A stretch of DNA of 64,000 nt from Eledone cirrhosa (taxonomy: Eukaryota): NCBI GenBank assembly GCA_964016885.1, contig OZ024745.1:20336001-20400000 (forward strand), written 5' to 3'. The notes beneath the pieces are model-generated. The model searched no databases. It was not told where the DNA came from and saw only the letters and a list, made by a program, of their open reading frames with translations. Positions 1 through 13,829 of the stretch are shown here, in pieces. Made by a program: the position numbers and the translations under genes. The stretch's first letter is position 1. Every line of letters starts with the position of its first letter.

Positions 1-3
1 CAT

Positions 4-43
4 TGGTGATGATGATGATGGTGTTAAAGATGATGATGATGAA

Positions 44-81
<38 letters not shown>

Positions 82-223
82 CGATGGTGATGATATGGGT
101 GATGACGATGGTGATGATGATGATGATGATGGTGATGTTGATGACGATGATGATGAAGATGATGACGATGGTGATGACGACGATGATGATGATGATGACG
201 ATGATGATGATGATGATGATGAC

Positions 224-258
<35 letters not shown>

Positions 259-437
259 CGACGATGATGATGATGATGATGATGATGACGACGATGATGA
301 TGATGGTGATGATGATGATGACGATGATGATGATGATGACGATGATGATGATGATGATGATGACGATGGCGATGATGATGATGATGACGATGATGATGAT
401 GATGACGATGATGATGGTGATGGCGATGGTGATGGTG
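4..437. repeat. (GAT)n trinucleotide microsatellite
   Basis: GAT/GAC/GGT runs; the poly-M and poly-D ORFs are artefacts. Confidence 0.95.
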
Positions 438-774
438 TTAGCGGCATTTGGTGGGTTTGGTGATGTATTGGGAGGGAGGCAGGGTGACACTGACTGTGAG
501 CTTGCGTTGGTACAATCTTGCATGATTGGCGGCGCTGCGCCGGCTGATGTTAATAAATGCATTGAACGAACTGTTGTGATCGCCTCAGAGGTTGAACAGG
601 GGGAGTGAACTCTCCTGCGTCGTTGATGGATGGGGTTGGTGACTGCAAATCGATGGATTTTTAATCTGTTCGCTTGTATGTATAAATAATATATATATGG
701 ACACATGTACACATGCAGTCATGTATGCTTTCTACATGCCTACACATACCACACACACAAACACACTCGTAAAA

Positions 775-1465
<691 letters not shown>

Positions 1466-1616
1466 GTGTGTGTGTATGTAGGTGTGTGTAAGTATATGTG
1501 ACTGCATGTGTACATATGTTCGTATAGGTCGCCATGTGTATGTCTGTGCTCTACGTATTTTATGTGTGCGTATTACAACGCATGTCCATATACATAACAT
1601 GATACAGTGCCACACA

Positions 1617-2676
1617 CATGTGTATGTAGGAGCGTGTACATGTGTATGTAGGCGTGTGTACATGTGTATGTAGGTGTGTGTACATGTGTATGTAGGTGTG
1701 TGTACATGTGTATGTAGGCGTGTATACATGTGTATGTAGGTGTGTGTACATGTGTATGTAGGTGTGTGTACATGTGTATGTAGGCGTGTATACATGTGTA
1801 TGTAGGTGTGTGTACATGTGTATGTAGGTGTGTATACATGTGTATGTAGGCGTGTGTACATGTGTATGTAGGTGTGTGTATATGTGTATGTAGGTGTGTG
1901 TACATATGTATGTAGGCGTGTGTACATGTGCATGTAGGCGTGTGTACATGTGCATGTAGGCGTGTGTACATGTGTATGTAGGCGTGTGTACATATGTATG
2001 TAGGTGTGTGTACATGTGCATGTAGGCGTGTGTACATGTGTATGTAGGTGTGTGTACATGTGTATGTAGGTGTGTGTACATATGTATGTAGGTGTGTGTA
2101 CATATGTATGTAGGTGTGTGTACATGTGCATGTAGGCGTGTGTACATGTGTATGTAGGCGTGTGTACGTGTGTATGTAGGTGTGTGTACATGTGTATGTA
2201 GGTGTGTGTACATATGTATGTAGGTGTGTGTACATGTGCATGTAGGCGTGTGTACATGTGCATGTAGGCGTGTGTACATGTGTATGTAGGCGTGTGTACA
2301 TGTGTATGCAGGCGTGTGTACATGTGTATGTAGGCGTGTGTACATGTGTATGTAGGCGTGTGTACATGTGTATGTAGGTGTGTGTACATGTGCATGTAGG
2401 CGTGTGTACATGTGCATGTAGGTGTGTGTACATGTGTATGTAGGTGTGTGTACATGTGTATGTAGGTGTGTGTACATGTGTATGTAGGCGTGTGTACATG
2501 TGTATGTAGGTGTGTGTACATGTGTATGTAGGCGTGTGTACATGTGTATGTAGGCGTGTGTACATGTGTATGTAGGCGTGTGTCCATGTGTATGTAGGTG
2601 TGTGTACATGTGTATGTAGGCGTGTGTACATGTGTATGTAGGCGTGTGTACATGTGTATGTAGGCGTGTACATGTA
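1617..2676. repeat. 22-bp minisatellite CATGTGTATGTAGG(C/T)GTGTGTA, ~48 copies
   Basis: Direct tandem repetition. Confidence 0.95.
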
Positions 2677-2969
2677 TTTCAGTGTTATAAAGTACATAAG
2701 ATACGTACACTACTTATAGTTATAACTTATATAGAAGCGATAATATGGACATAGTTTATAACGACATTTCATACCATTTGTTTATGAAACCTGCCGGTTT
2801 CCAGCATGAAGCTGCCTTTGACATTTTTTTAACAAACCGCCCCAAAGCTGTGTTGTTTCTATGAACTTAGCCATGAATTTTAAATTGATTAAAATCTTTC
2901 AACTTAATTTGATATAAGCATCTTTTTTTTTTAAAAGATATATTATAAATACCATCTTGAAACGATATA

Positions 2970-3130
2970 TGAGGGTCAACTGAAAAGTTCCTAAGCTGGC
3001 CAAGATACTCTCATGGAATGACCAAATGAGGTTTATTTTTCAACATAGTCCCTAGAAATAAACAATGCAGTTATTAATAAGAAGAGTTGGAATTCAGGTA
3101 TGCAAGATTTCACAGCTCTAGCACCACTCC
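2970..3130 (+). mobile_element. Partial mariner-type MITE (same family as 15836-16033), right end missing
   Basis: TA-TGAGGGTCAACTGAAAAGTTC...CAAGATACTCTCATGGAAT...TGCAAGATTTCACAGCTCTAGCA aligns with 15836-15990. Confidence 0.8.
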
Positions 3131-3134
3131 ACAT

Positions 3135-3490
3135 GTGTGCATGTGCATATGTTTGGTATCAGTACATGTATACATGCAGTTATTACATCCAGAATTTTTG
3201 GAATGTTTTACATATTTTTACTGTTCCATTAATGGATTGTACTTGCAATTTCCTAACTAGTCGTGTTCTTTCTGGTTCTGTCAAGTCCAGCTACTCGAGA
3301 TTTGTACTGATGCAGTTACTAACGTATCCCAGTGACCCAACAATCACAGGTTTAAATCTGAAGTCAGGTTGGAGTATCTGCAGATTCTTCATTTGTTTAG
3401 CAGAAATGTTTTCCTTTTCGTTAATCTTTAATATAATCTTTGATAGTATATGGCATCCGCTAGGAAACTGACTTCCACTACTGTATATGC
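3135..3490 (-). mobile_element. Degenerate 3' fragment of an R4/Dong-like non-LTR retrotransposon (REL endonuclease C-terminus)
   Basis: Minus strand translates to TVVEVS...KINEKEN...NLQILQPDFRFKPVIVGSLGYV...LVRKLQVQSINGTVKICKTF with an internal stop. Confidence 0.75.
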
Positions 3491-3517
3491 CTTCTTATGT
3501 TATAGCTACTGTGGTTC

Positions 3518-3673
3518 AGAGAGTGGGATTGACTCAGTGCCCAGTCTTTCTTCGCTTTAAAAAAATCTTTGCGCGCAGGCATTGCACAATGGAATTAATT
3601 AATAATTACTAATAATGGTATATCGTGCAATGGCCATACTCGATAACGAGGGGGCAGCCATCATCATCATCAT
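3518..3673 (+). mobile_element. RTE-like LINE 3' end with (CAT)n tail
   Basis: GAGAGTGGGA... and terminal ATGGCCATACTCGATAACGAG-GGGGCAGCC resemble 4353-4606 and the end of the RTE at 47350-47383. Confidence 0.55.
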
Positions 3674-3690
3674 GTATGTATGTATGTATG

Positions 3691-4098
3691 TTCTGGTTTT
3701 ATAATTTCACAAATTTTTGCCAATAGAGAGAGCGTCGGTTTCTAACATAGACACAAGACTCTCTCATTGGAATTTACACAACATCAACTAGGTAGATATG
3801 TCTGCATGTCTATATGCATGCATGTGCAGGTATGGATGTTATTGTATGTGTGGATGTGTATGTTTTGAGTTGAATGTGTACATACGCTTTGTATCTGTAC
3901 ATGTGTATATGCAGTTATTAGATGCAAAATGTTTGGAATGTTGTACATATTTTTACTGTTCTATTAATGGATTGTACTTGTAATTTCCTAACTAGTTGTG
4001 TTCTTTCTGTTCCTGTGAAGCCTAGCTTCTCAAGATTTGTATTGAAGCAGTTACTAACATATTCCAGTGCCCCAATAATCACAGGTATAAATCTGAAG
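3691..4098 (-). mobile_element. 5'-truncated R4/Dong-like LINE (REL C-terminus plus 3' UTR) embedded in (TATG)n
   Basis: FRFIPVIIGALEYV...LVRKLQVQSINRTVKICTTF; (TATG)n at 3672-3690 and 4099-4263. Confidence 0.75.
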
Positions 4099-4352
4099 GT
4101 ATGTATGTATATATGTCTGTTAGTATGTATGTTTGCATGCATGTCTGTCTGCCTGTATGTATGTATGTATGTATGTATGTATGTATGTATGTATGTATGT
4201 ATGTATGGATGTATGTATGTATGTATGTATGTATGTATGCATGCATGTAAGTATGTATGTATGAAGGAAAACTCTGATATAACACCTGCAACCCTGATGG
4301 TATCCAATGATGTTGACTTGTTCTTCTTTTTGGTAAATATCATCTTGGTTAA

Positions 4353-4606
4353 GAGAGTGGGACTGGCTTTGTGCAGTGCCTTTGCTCACTATAAAAGCTT
4401 CACGGAGATCTCTCTGCACTTGTCACATGGTACCATGGGCCCAGCACTATGTGTCAATAATTGTCATAAGTGTAGTGTTTGTACCAGAGTTTTCAAGTCG
4501 CTTGCTGGACTAAAAAGTCACACTCGTTCAGTGCATCGGTAGGGGTTCTCCTACATGGATATAATGTAGTGGCCGTACTCGAAAACGAGTTGGCAGCTAC
4601 CATGTA
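4353..4606 (+). mobile_element. RTE-like LINE 3' end with C2H2 zinc-finger remnant
   Basis: CSVCTRVFKSLAGLKSHTRSVH matches CYVCAKRCKSLAGLKSH of the RTE at ~47270; terminal hairpin ACTCGAAAACGAGT. Confidence 0.65.
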
Positions 4607-5239
4607 ATTATGTATGTATGTATGTATGTATGTATGTATGTATGTATGTATGTATGTATGTATGTATGTATGCTTGCATGCATGCCTGTATGTATGTCTG
4701 TATGCATGTAAGTATGTATGTGTATGTAGTGCTAATGTGTTGTAAAAGTACATCCTCCACTAAAACATTTAATCTTTTAAACAAGCTATAATTTTGTACG
4801 TTATAATTTAGAAGTACATCACGTATGCAATACATTTTTGACTTATTTTTGATTATTGATTATTTTTGGTAGACAGGAAGAAATATATTTGTTAAAACTG
4901 GAAAGTCTGCGGGAATTTTAGACGTGTATGCGTTCCACCATAGATATAGGAAATTAAAATTAGATTTAGATTGGTTTTAACAGAAGTGGAAAGTTTTCTC
5001 ATTTATAACATACTCGTAAAAATACCGCCCTTCAGTCAGTTTTCATGCCAGTGTAAATATGTGTACGCACCTCTTTCGTAACGTATTTATCAATATATAC
5101 AAATGTATGAAAAAAGAAAAGTATATATATATATTTTTGCATACAAATGATACGAACTTTCACTGGTATATTTTGTGTTATAACTTATTTAATTTAACAC
5201 AACGGCGTTTGTAAGCATGCATGATCCCATAAAAACTCA

Positions 5240-5440
5240 CGAGGATGTCGTAGGGTCGCTGTATTGACATAGGAGTTTCTAGGGCATTTTAAAACGTTGC
5301 GTAGTCCCCCTTTTCTTAAGGTCTGAATATTGCAGATTTCTTCCAGAGAAGGATAGAGAGTGAGAGAATGGAAGTGAGGAAGAGATATAGAGGAAGAATC
5401 GACACCAGTACTTGACTGGTACTGTTTGTTTATCGACCTG
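5240..5440 (-). mobile_element. SINE fragment (family 2, alternative-tail subfamily)
   Basis: CTAGGGCATTTT...CAGATTTCTTCCAGAGAA...GAGGAAGAATCGAC is shared with 13830-14103, 31790-32115, 44487-44810. Confidence 0.7.
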
Positions 5441-5492
5441 CGAAAGTTGAAACACTCGTCCTCTCAAGGTGGCCTGCGCAGTCTACGCTACA

Positions 5493-5705
5493 TGTGAATG
5501 GAGTTCCACTGAAGCAGGTGGAGAAGTTGAAGTATCTCGGAGCCGTGTTCACGAGTGATGGAAGGCAGGAGGCTGAATTAAATGCAAAAGTTGCAGGAGT
5601 GGTGCAGGAGTTGGTGCAGTATTATGACATCTTCATCATTCGGTGATCAGAAGAGCGGTAGCCGTAAAATCCAAACTCGCTATCTTCAATACGGTATTCG
5701 TGCGG
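5493..5705 (+). mobile_element. RTE-clade LINE RT fragment
   Basis: VNGVPLKQVEKLKYLGAVFTSDGRQEAELNAKV motif. Confidence 0.7.
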
Positions 5706-5965
5706 GCTCGATAAAATAAAGTACCAGTAACGCACTGAGGTAAATTTATCGACTTTCTCCTTCCCTTAAAATTGTTGGCCTTGTGCCTAAATGAGAAACC
5801 ATTCTGATGATAGATATATTTGTGCAAAACCAAAACCGAAAGGACAGCAACTTGAAATGGCAGGAAAAAAAGTTAAAGGATAATCCGGCCCCTTAAATAT
5901 TATGTTGGAAATGGTCACATTTTCTTCGTATTTTAAAGATATTTTTTCAGCATTAAAATAAAATA

Positions 5966-6346
5966 TTTATATATATAAAAGCGAGGATGTGTGTGTGTCT
6001 GTGTACAAATTTGGATACCTAAGGCTTTTACAATTACCAACCGAATTTGACCAAATTTTCTGTGCACGCTGCACATGTCGCTAAGATGGTCACATCACAA
6101 AATTTTTTACAATCGACCCACGTTGAGCAATAAAAAATCGATATCAAAATTATCGGTAGCAAAATTGATGTAAGGGAGATAACCAGCTTTATTGACAATC
6201 CTTAGAAAAAAGGCAGATTACCAACTTTATTGAAAGAAATATAAACATCAGATTCATTTGAAGATAAATCACTAATATTATCGTTTGTTTCTTGTTTATT
6301 CTTTGTTGCATTTCAAACCCCGGGCAACGCCGGGTAAATCTGCTAG
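5966..6346 (+). mobile_element. Non-autonomous Helitron
   Basis: 5' (T)TTATATATATAAAA; 3' hairpin CCCGGGCAACGCCGGG followed by CTAG|T. Confidence 0.7.
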
Positions 6347-6484
6347 TCAACAACAATAACAACAACAACGACAACGACGATAACACCAACAATAACAACA
6401 TTTACTGTCACCACTGAGAGCTTCACTATCACCTTCATCACTACCTTTCTATATTACTAACTCCTATCGTCATTATCTTCCAAA

Positions 6485-7184
6485 TCCACCACCACCACCA
6501 CCACCACCACTACACCACCATCACCAACACCGCCGCCACCACCACCGCGACGACTACCACGACGACGACGACTACTACCACCACCACTTCCACCGCCGCC
6601 ACCACCACCGCCACCACCACCACCATCCCCACCACCACTACCATCACCGCCACCGCCACCACCACCATCACCACCATCCCCACCACCACTACCATCACCG
6701 CCACCGCCACCACCACCACCACCACCACCGCCACCACCACCACCACTACCATCACCGCCACCGCCACCACCACCACCACCACCGCCACCACCACCACCAC
6801 CACCACCGCCACCACCACCACCACCGCCGCCACCACTACCACCACCGCCACCACCACCACCACCGCCGCCACCACCACCACCACCGCCACCACCACCACC
6901 ACCGCCACCACCGCCACCACCACCACCGCCACCACCACCACCACCGCCACCACCGCCACCACCACCACCACCACCACCAACACCGCCGCCGCCACCACCA
7001 CCGCGACGACTACCACGACGACGACGACCACCACCACTATTACCCCCCCCCCGTCCCCACCGCCACCACCACCACCACCACCACCACCACCACCACCGCC
7101 ACCACCACCACCACCACCACCACCACCACCACCACCACCACCACCACCACCACCACCGCCACCACCACCACCACCGCCACCGCC
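6485..7184. repeat. (CCA/CCG)n microsatellite
   Basis: Tandem CCA with CCG/CGA variants. Confidence 0.95.
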
Positions 7185-7446
7185 GTGTCTGTATCTCAAC
7201 ATAGAGATGTGTAACTGCACGGAAACATTGCACATGTCCCTCTCACACACAACCATACATACACAGAGACACACACATATATGTGTGTGTCTCTGTGTAT
7301 AACTGTACACACACACACACACAAATATATATATACACACATATATATATGTATATATATGTATATATATATATATATATGTATATATTTATGTACACAC
7401 ACACACACATATGTATATATATACATATATATACACATATACATAG

Positions 7447-7479
<33 letters not shown>

Positions 7480-7738
7480 TATATATATATATGTGTGTGT
7501 GTATGTGTATATGTATGTATATATATGTACATATATACATATATACATAGTGTATATATATACACACACACAATATATATTTATACATATATACGTTGAC
7601 ATTTTTATGCTGAACATTAGAATGTTTGCCATGGAAACGTAGTTACTTGACATGCGCATCACTTAGCAGACTTCCGGGCCATGATGAATAGTTTCCTTTA
7701 AATTGTCGTTCTCGTCACGACATCCACACATTCAATAG

Positions 7739-7832
7739 CTTCTTTCCTCTCTACTTCTTCCTCTTCTTTTCCCCCTCTCTCTTTTTCTTTCTGTTTCTTT
7801 TGTTTTGGTTTTCTTTCTTTTTCCTTCCTTTT

Positions 7833-7875
<43 letters not shown>

Positions 7876-7989
7876 ATCTTTCTTTCTTTTTCTTCTTGCC
7901 TTCTTTTTTCTTTCTTTCTTTAATTTTGTTTGTTTCTTCCTTTCTTTTTCTTCTTCCCCTCTTTCTTTCGTTCTTTCTTTCATTCTTTT

Positions 7990-8072
<83 letters not shown>

Positions 8073-8097
8073 CTCTTTCTTTCTCTCTTTCTTTCTA
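7739..8097. repeat. (TTTC)n polypyrimidine repeat
   Basis: Tandem TTTC. Confidence 0.9.
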
Positions 8098-8205
8098 CAT
8101 TAGTTCTCGTTGAACTTGACATTACAGCAACACGCCATTGTTAACAAACGTCGAGGGAATAGTTTAGTAGTAGTAGTAGTAGTGGTATTAGTATTAGCGG
8201 TAGTA

Positions 8206-10508
8206 ATGGAGTCCATTAGGTTTAGTAAGGCTTTAGCAATAGAGAAAAATAGAGCAGAGGGAGAACTAGTTAGAAAATTAGACGAGGCGCTTAGCAAAGG
8301 CATAGCGACCGACGTACTTGCGGCAGAATTGGCCCTTGACCAATTCTTCAATGCAAAGCACGAAGGCTGCGTTGTCAGAGCTAGGGCGCGTGCTCTCAGA
8401 CACGAGAAGACGAAAGCCGTTCAATGGGCCCGAGTGTCGGAGGTTGGCTCTTGTCGTTGGTGGTCTGGTGGGAGAGGCGCAGACATGCGCCATTCCAAAC
8501 AGATCCATTCACGACAATCTCCCTCCACCTCATGCGATACATCGTGGAGAGGGTAGCTCGGGAATCTGGCACGGGTGGGTTCTTGATCAATTTAGATCAG
8601 TCGAAAGCTTTCGATAGGGTCGACCATCGTTACCTAGCGGCAGTCCTGAGGGCGGCTGGCTTTGGGCCCCTCTTCAGAGGCTGGATCGCTGCCATGCACA
8701 GCGACATCTGCTCTTTCGGAACCGTTCAACATCATGCGCTCGGTCCGCCAAGGATGTCCCCTCTCGTCCCTCTTGTACGTATTGACTCTCGAGCCATTAC
8801 TGCACAAACTGGAGACGTTGAGGGGGGTCCCGCGTGAACTAGGATGCGGAAGATCCGTGTCAGCATATGCGGACGATGTCACCGTAGTGGTGTCGAACGC
8901 CAAACACATCAAGGCGATCGGCACCACAGTAAGAGAATACGAAGCGGTGACAGGAGCAATGATCAACCAGGAAAAGTCGGTGGGCCTGCAGCTCGGCACA
9001 TGGAGAGGCAGGTCCATGCCGTCCAACAGCGTGGTCGGGCGCTGGACGGACGGACCGGTTACATTGCTAGGGGTCTGGTTCGGTCCGGACCTCCAAACGG
9101 ACAAAAGCTGGGACGAGATGGCGAGCAGGGTGTCTTATCTCACCCAGAAATGGGTAGAGAGGAAGCTATCCCTGAAAGGTCGAGCGGAGGTGGCGAATGC
9201 GTACATCGCGTCCGTCATCTACTACCGCCTGACCGTCGTGCCTTGTCCTAAGCCTCGCCTGACTGCACTGGAGCGTTTGCTCTTTCGCTTTTTGTGGAAG
9301 GGACGCACTCCGATGGTCAGGGGGTCCATCTGCTGTCAACACCCGCTACGTGGAGAGCTGGGCATGCCGTGGCTGATGATACGCAGACATGCGCTCAGGC
9401 TACGACATCTCCACCTCTTCCTCGACGGTGATCAGGTGTGGTCGCCGTTTGCTAGACGCGTCTTTTCCCAGCTCGTCTCCTTGACGGAGCTGCAGTCCTG
9501 GGTCAGCGCTTGGAGACTGGAATGTCTTCAGACGAGGGGGAGCGCTTGGAGACTGGAATGTCTTCAGGCGTTCACGGCCCCCGATCAGTCGGGCAATGTG
9601 ATCGGCGGAAACTCCACCTTGGCGTTCTATAGAGGATTAGTAGAGGATAAGAGCGACGACGTACTTGGGGAAACACTAGGCGTCGACGAAAATCAACTAG
9701 CCAATCTCTTCGGAAGAATTTTCGGGCCGGGGCCTATGGACAATTTCCTGGCCTATGAACAAATCCCTGGCCTGGCAGTGATATCGAGGAGATTTGCCAG
9801 TTCGGGATAAACTATACAGGCACGGAAGTGCCGTCAGTCGGGTATCTCCGCGATGCGCGCAGGGCGACGAAACCATCCTGCATACACTCGTCCAGCATTG
9901 TTGACTTGTGGGTTATTGTCGAACACCTGTTGTCGCGTGTAGAACGGATCCGGCTATCAGCTGAGTCCATCGTGAGGATTGCCCCGCCCTCTTCCTTTAG
10001 CCGGGAAGTGCAGCCAGTTTTTATCTGTCTGGTGGCCATGGCGAAAGAGATAGTATGGTGGACGCGTCTGAATGGGCTGAAGACGAGCACTTACCTCTTC
10101 GGTGATGCCCTGATTAACTTTTTCAAATTTCATTTGAAAAGGAAAATCAGGGTAGAGAGGGAGGTGCTCTCTTCCCAGCATTGATGGGTGAAAGATGGGT
10201 GAGAGAGGCAAGAATGGCCCGAGTGAATGGACCTACTCTGAGTATATGCCTGTAAATTGAAGGTGGAAAACTGGGAGAGGGCATTTGTTCTGGTGGTCAG
10301 GGTCACCGTGGCTTTTTTTAATGGGCTTCCTCCACAATGGCCGCCGGAAGTCTCCCCCCTATTGGGGAATTTTTCATTGTTTTTTTTTGTTACATCCTCT
10401 GTTTTTTGTTTTTTTACACGCAGAAATGCCCATTTGTACCGTCCTGTATTGTCCTGTACTGTCCTTAATGTCTACTTTGTGTAAACCCTTGTGGTTAATA
10501 AAGAAAGC
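8206..10508 (+). mobile_element. Tx1/L1-group LINE, 5'-truncated and internally deleted, with frameshifted ORF2
   Basis: RT motifs LDQSKAFDRVDH, SVRQGCPLS, AYADD, LLGVWF, LSLKGR; AATAAA at 10497; 19-bp TSD ATTAGTATTAGCGGTAGTA at 8187-8205 and 10509-10527. Confidence 0.9.
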
Positions 10509-10689
10509 ATTAGTATTAGCGGTAGTAGTAGTAGTATTAGTATTAGTGGTGGTAGTAGTAGTATTAGTACTGGTGGTGGTAGTGGTATTGGTAGTAGTAG
10601 TAGTAATATTAGTGGTCGTGGTAGTAGTAGTATTAGTGGTGGTAGTAGTAGTATTAGTATTAGTGGTAGTAGTAGTAGTATTAGTATTG

Positions 10690-10737
<48 letters not shown>

Positions 10738-11146
10738 TTAGTGGTGGTGGTAGTAGTAGTAGAAGTATTAGTGGTAGTAGTAGTATTAGTATTGGTGGTG
10801 GTAGTAGTATTGGTAGTAGTAGTAGTAGTAGTAGAAGTAGTGGTGGTGGTAGTAGTGGTGGTGGTAGTAGTGGTGGTGGTAGTAGTATTGGTAGTAGTAG
10901 TAGTAGTAGTAGTATTAGTGGTGGTGGTAGTAGTAGTATTAGTGGTGGTAGTAGTAGTAGTATTAGTATTAGTGGTAGTAGTAGTAGTATTAGTATTGGT
11001 GGTGATAGTAGTATTGGTAGTAGTAGTAGTAGTATTAGTGATGGTAGTAGTAGTAGTATTAGTGGTAGTAGTAGTAGTAGTAGTATTAGTGGTAGTAGTA
11101 GTAGTATTAGTATTGGTGGTGGTAGTAGTATTGGTAGTAGTAGTAT

Positions 11147-11179
<33 letters not shown>

Positions 11180-11378
11180 AAGTAGTGGTGGTGGTAGTAG
11201 TGGTGGTGGTAGTAGTGGTGGTAGTAGTAGTGGTGGTGGTAGTGGTGATAGTAGGGGTAGTGGTGGTGGTGGTAGTGGTGGTAGCAGTGGTGGTGGTGGT
11301 GGTATTAGTAGTGGTAGTAGTAGGGGTAGTGGTGGTGGTAGTGGTGGTGGTAGTAGTAGTGGTGGTGGTGGTGGTGGT

Positions 11379-11418
<40 letters not shown>

Positions 11419-11447
11419 GGGTGGTGGTGGTAGTAGTAGTAGTGGGG

Positions 11448-11482
<35 letters not shown>

Positions 11483-11552
11483 TGTAGTGATAGTAGTAGT
11501 AGTAGAAGTAGTAGTAGTAGTAATAGTAGTAGTAGCAGTAGTAGTAGTAGTA
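10509..11552. repeat. (TAG/TGG)n microsatellite
   Basis: Tandem GTA/GTG/TTA. Confidence 0.95.
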
Positions 11553-11615
11553 TTTATTATTTTGTACAATGTAACTGTTAAGTTGATAACAGAGTACAGT
11601 GTCGACAGAAAGGAA

Positions 11616-13265
11616 TAATATAGTGTTGTTAGAGTACAGACTGTTGTAGTACGTGGTTTATGTTGCAGTATAATATAGTGTTGTTAGAGTACAGACTGTT
11701 GTAGTACGTGGTTTATGTTACAGTATAATATAGTGTTGTTAGAGTACAGACTGTTGTAGTACGTGGTTTATGTTGCAGTATAATATAGTGTTGTTAGAGT
11801 ACAGACTGTTGTAGTACGTGGTTTATGTTGCAGTATAATATAGTGTTGTTAGAGTACAGACTGTTGTAGTACGTGGTTTATGTTGCAGTATAATATAGTG
11901 TTGTTAGAGTACAGACTGTTGTAGTACGTGGTTTATGTTACAGTATAATATAGTGTTGTTAGAGTACAGACTGTTGTAGTACGTGGTTTATGTTGCAGTA
12001 TAATATAGTGTTGTTAGAGTACAGACAGTTGTAGTACGTGGTTTATGTTACAGTATAATATAGTGTTGTTAGAGTACAGACTGTTGTAGTACGTGGTTTA
12101 TGTTACAGTATAATATAGTGTTGTTAGAGTACAGACTGTTGTAGTACGTGGTTTATGTTGCAGTATAATATAGTGTTGTTAGAGTACAGATTGTTGTAGT
12201 ACGTGGTTTATGTTACAGTATAATATAGTGTTGTTAGAGTACAGACTGTTGTAGTACGTGGTTTATGTTACAGTATAATATAGTGTTGTTAGAGTACAGA
12301 CTGTTGTAGTACGTGGTTTATGTTGCTGTATAATATAGTGTTGTTAGAGTACAGACAGTTGTAGTACGTGGTTTATGTTACAGTATAATATAGTGTTGTT
12401 AGAGTACAGACAGTTGTAGTACGTGGTTTATGTTGCAGTATAATATAGTGTTGTTAGAGTACAGACAGTTGTAGTACGTGGTTTATGTTGCAGTATAATA
12501 TAGTGTTGTTAGAGTACAGACTGTTGTAGTACGTGGTTTATGTTACAGTATAATATAGTGTTGTTAGAGTACAGACAGTTGTAGTACGTGGTTTATGTTG
12601 CAGTATAATATAGTGTTGTTAGAGTACAGACTGTTGTAGTACGTGGTTTATGTTGCAGTATAATATAGTGTTGTTAGAGTACAGACTGTTGTAGTACGTA
12701 CTTTATGTTGCAGTATAATATAGTGTTGTTAGAGTACAGACAGTTGTAGTACGTAGTTTATGTTGCAGTATAATATAGTGTTGTTAGAGTACAGACAGTT
12801 GTAGGGCGTGGTTTATGTTGTAGTATAATATAGTGTTGTTAGAGTACAGACAGTTGTAGTACGTAGTTTATGTTGCAGTATAATATAGTGTTGTTAGAGT
12901 ACAGACAGTTGTAGGGCGTGGTTTATGTTGTAGTATAATATAGTGTTGTTAGAGTACAGACTGTTGTAGTACGTAGTTTATGTTGCAGTATAATATAGTG
13001 TTGTTAGAGTACAGGCAGTTGTAGGGCGTAGTTTATGTTGCAGTATAATATAGTGTTGTTAGAGTACAGACAGTTGTAGGGCGTAGTTTATGTTGCAGTA
13101 TAATATAGTGTTGTTAGAGTACAGACAGTTGTAGTACGTAGTTTATGTTGCAGTATAATATAGTGTTGTTAGAGTACAGACAGTTGTAGGGCGTAGTTTA
13201 TGTTACAGTATAATATAGTGTTGTTAGAGTACAGACAGTTGTAGGACGTAGTTTATGTTGCAGTA
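11616..13265. repeat. 55-bp tandem satellite, ~30 copies
   Basis: Unit TAATATAGTGTTGTTAGAGTACAGACTGTTGTAGTACGTGGTTTATGTTGCAGTA starts at 11671, 11726, 11781, etc. Confidence 0.97.
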
Positions 13266-13301
13266 CTGAAAATATTCTCATATGTATAGAACCCCAATAT
13301 T

Positions 13302-13575
13302 GGAGACATGTGGCCTAGTGGTAAGGTGTTGGACTTATAATCATAATGACGTCGGTTCGATTCCTGGACTGGGTTATGTGTTGTGTTCTTGAGCGAAACA
13401 CTTTATTTCGCGTTGCTCCAATATCAATATACGTAGCTGGAAACGAGTACCAGTAATTGCTGGAGGTTTGACCCCGCGATGGACTGGCGTCCTGTCCAGT
13501 GAGGAATCTTGTACTCTCACTTGCTTCATGTCATGGAAACTGGGATAGGCACTGGACTATGCCAGACAATGGCTC
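13302..13575 (+). mobile_element. tRNA-derived SINE, family 1 (CORE-like body)
   Basis: A box TGGCCTAGTGG, B box GGTTCGATTCC, TGTTGTGTTCTTGAGCGAAACACT body; colinear with 61045-61325. Confidence 0.85.
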
Positions 13576-13829
13576 CAGATTTATAACAAAGAGGAAATGA
13601 AATGCGACGTCCTGACATAAATTCTGGAAGCTTGCTATACGCGATATCTTCTGCCATTTGAACTAGGAAATCTGAGAATTAAATACAAAATAGAAACAAT
13701 TCGATTTTTTACATTAGACACATACACTATCGTCCTCGTACAAATGCTGTCGTCACTTATTTACAATAATGACAAAGTGCTTTTGATTCGTACATATGTC
13801 TATATCGCTTCTCTTAGTCTTGTAACTCC

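Noticed and set aside
7679-7740. C/D snoRNA (ATGATGA box C)
   Set aside because: No downstream CTGA box D or terminal stem
11616-13265. CRISPR-like regular repeats
   Set aside because: Contiguous 55-bp units with no unique spacers, eukaryotic context, no cas genes
13302-13372. tRNA gene (also 61045 and 63470)
   Set aside because: A and B boxes are present but there is no clean cloverleaf, and it continues into a SINE body
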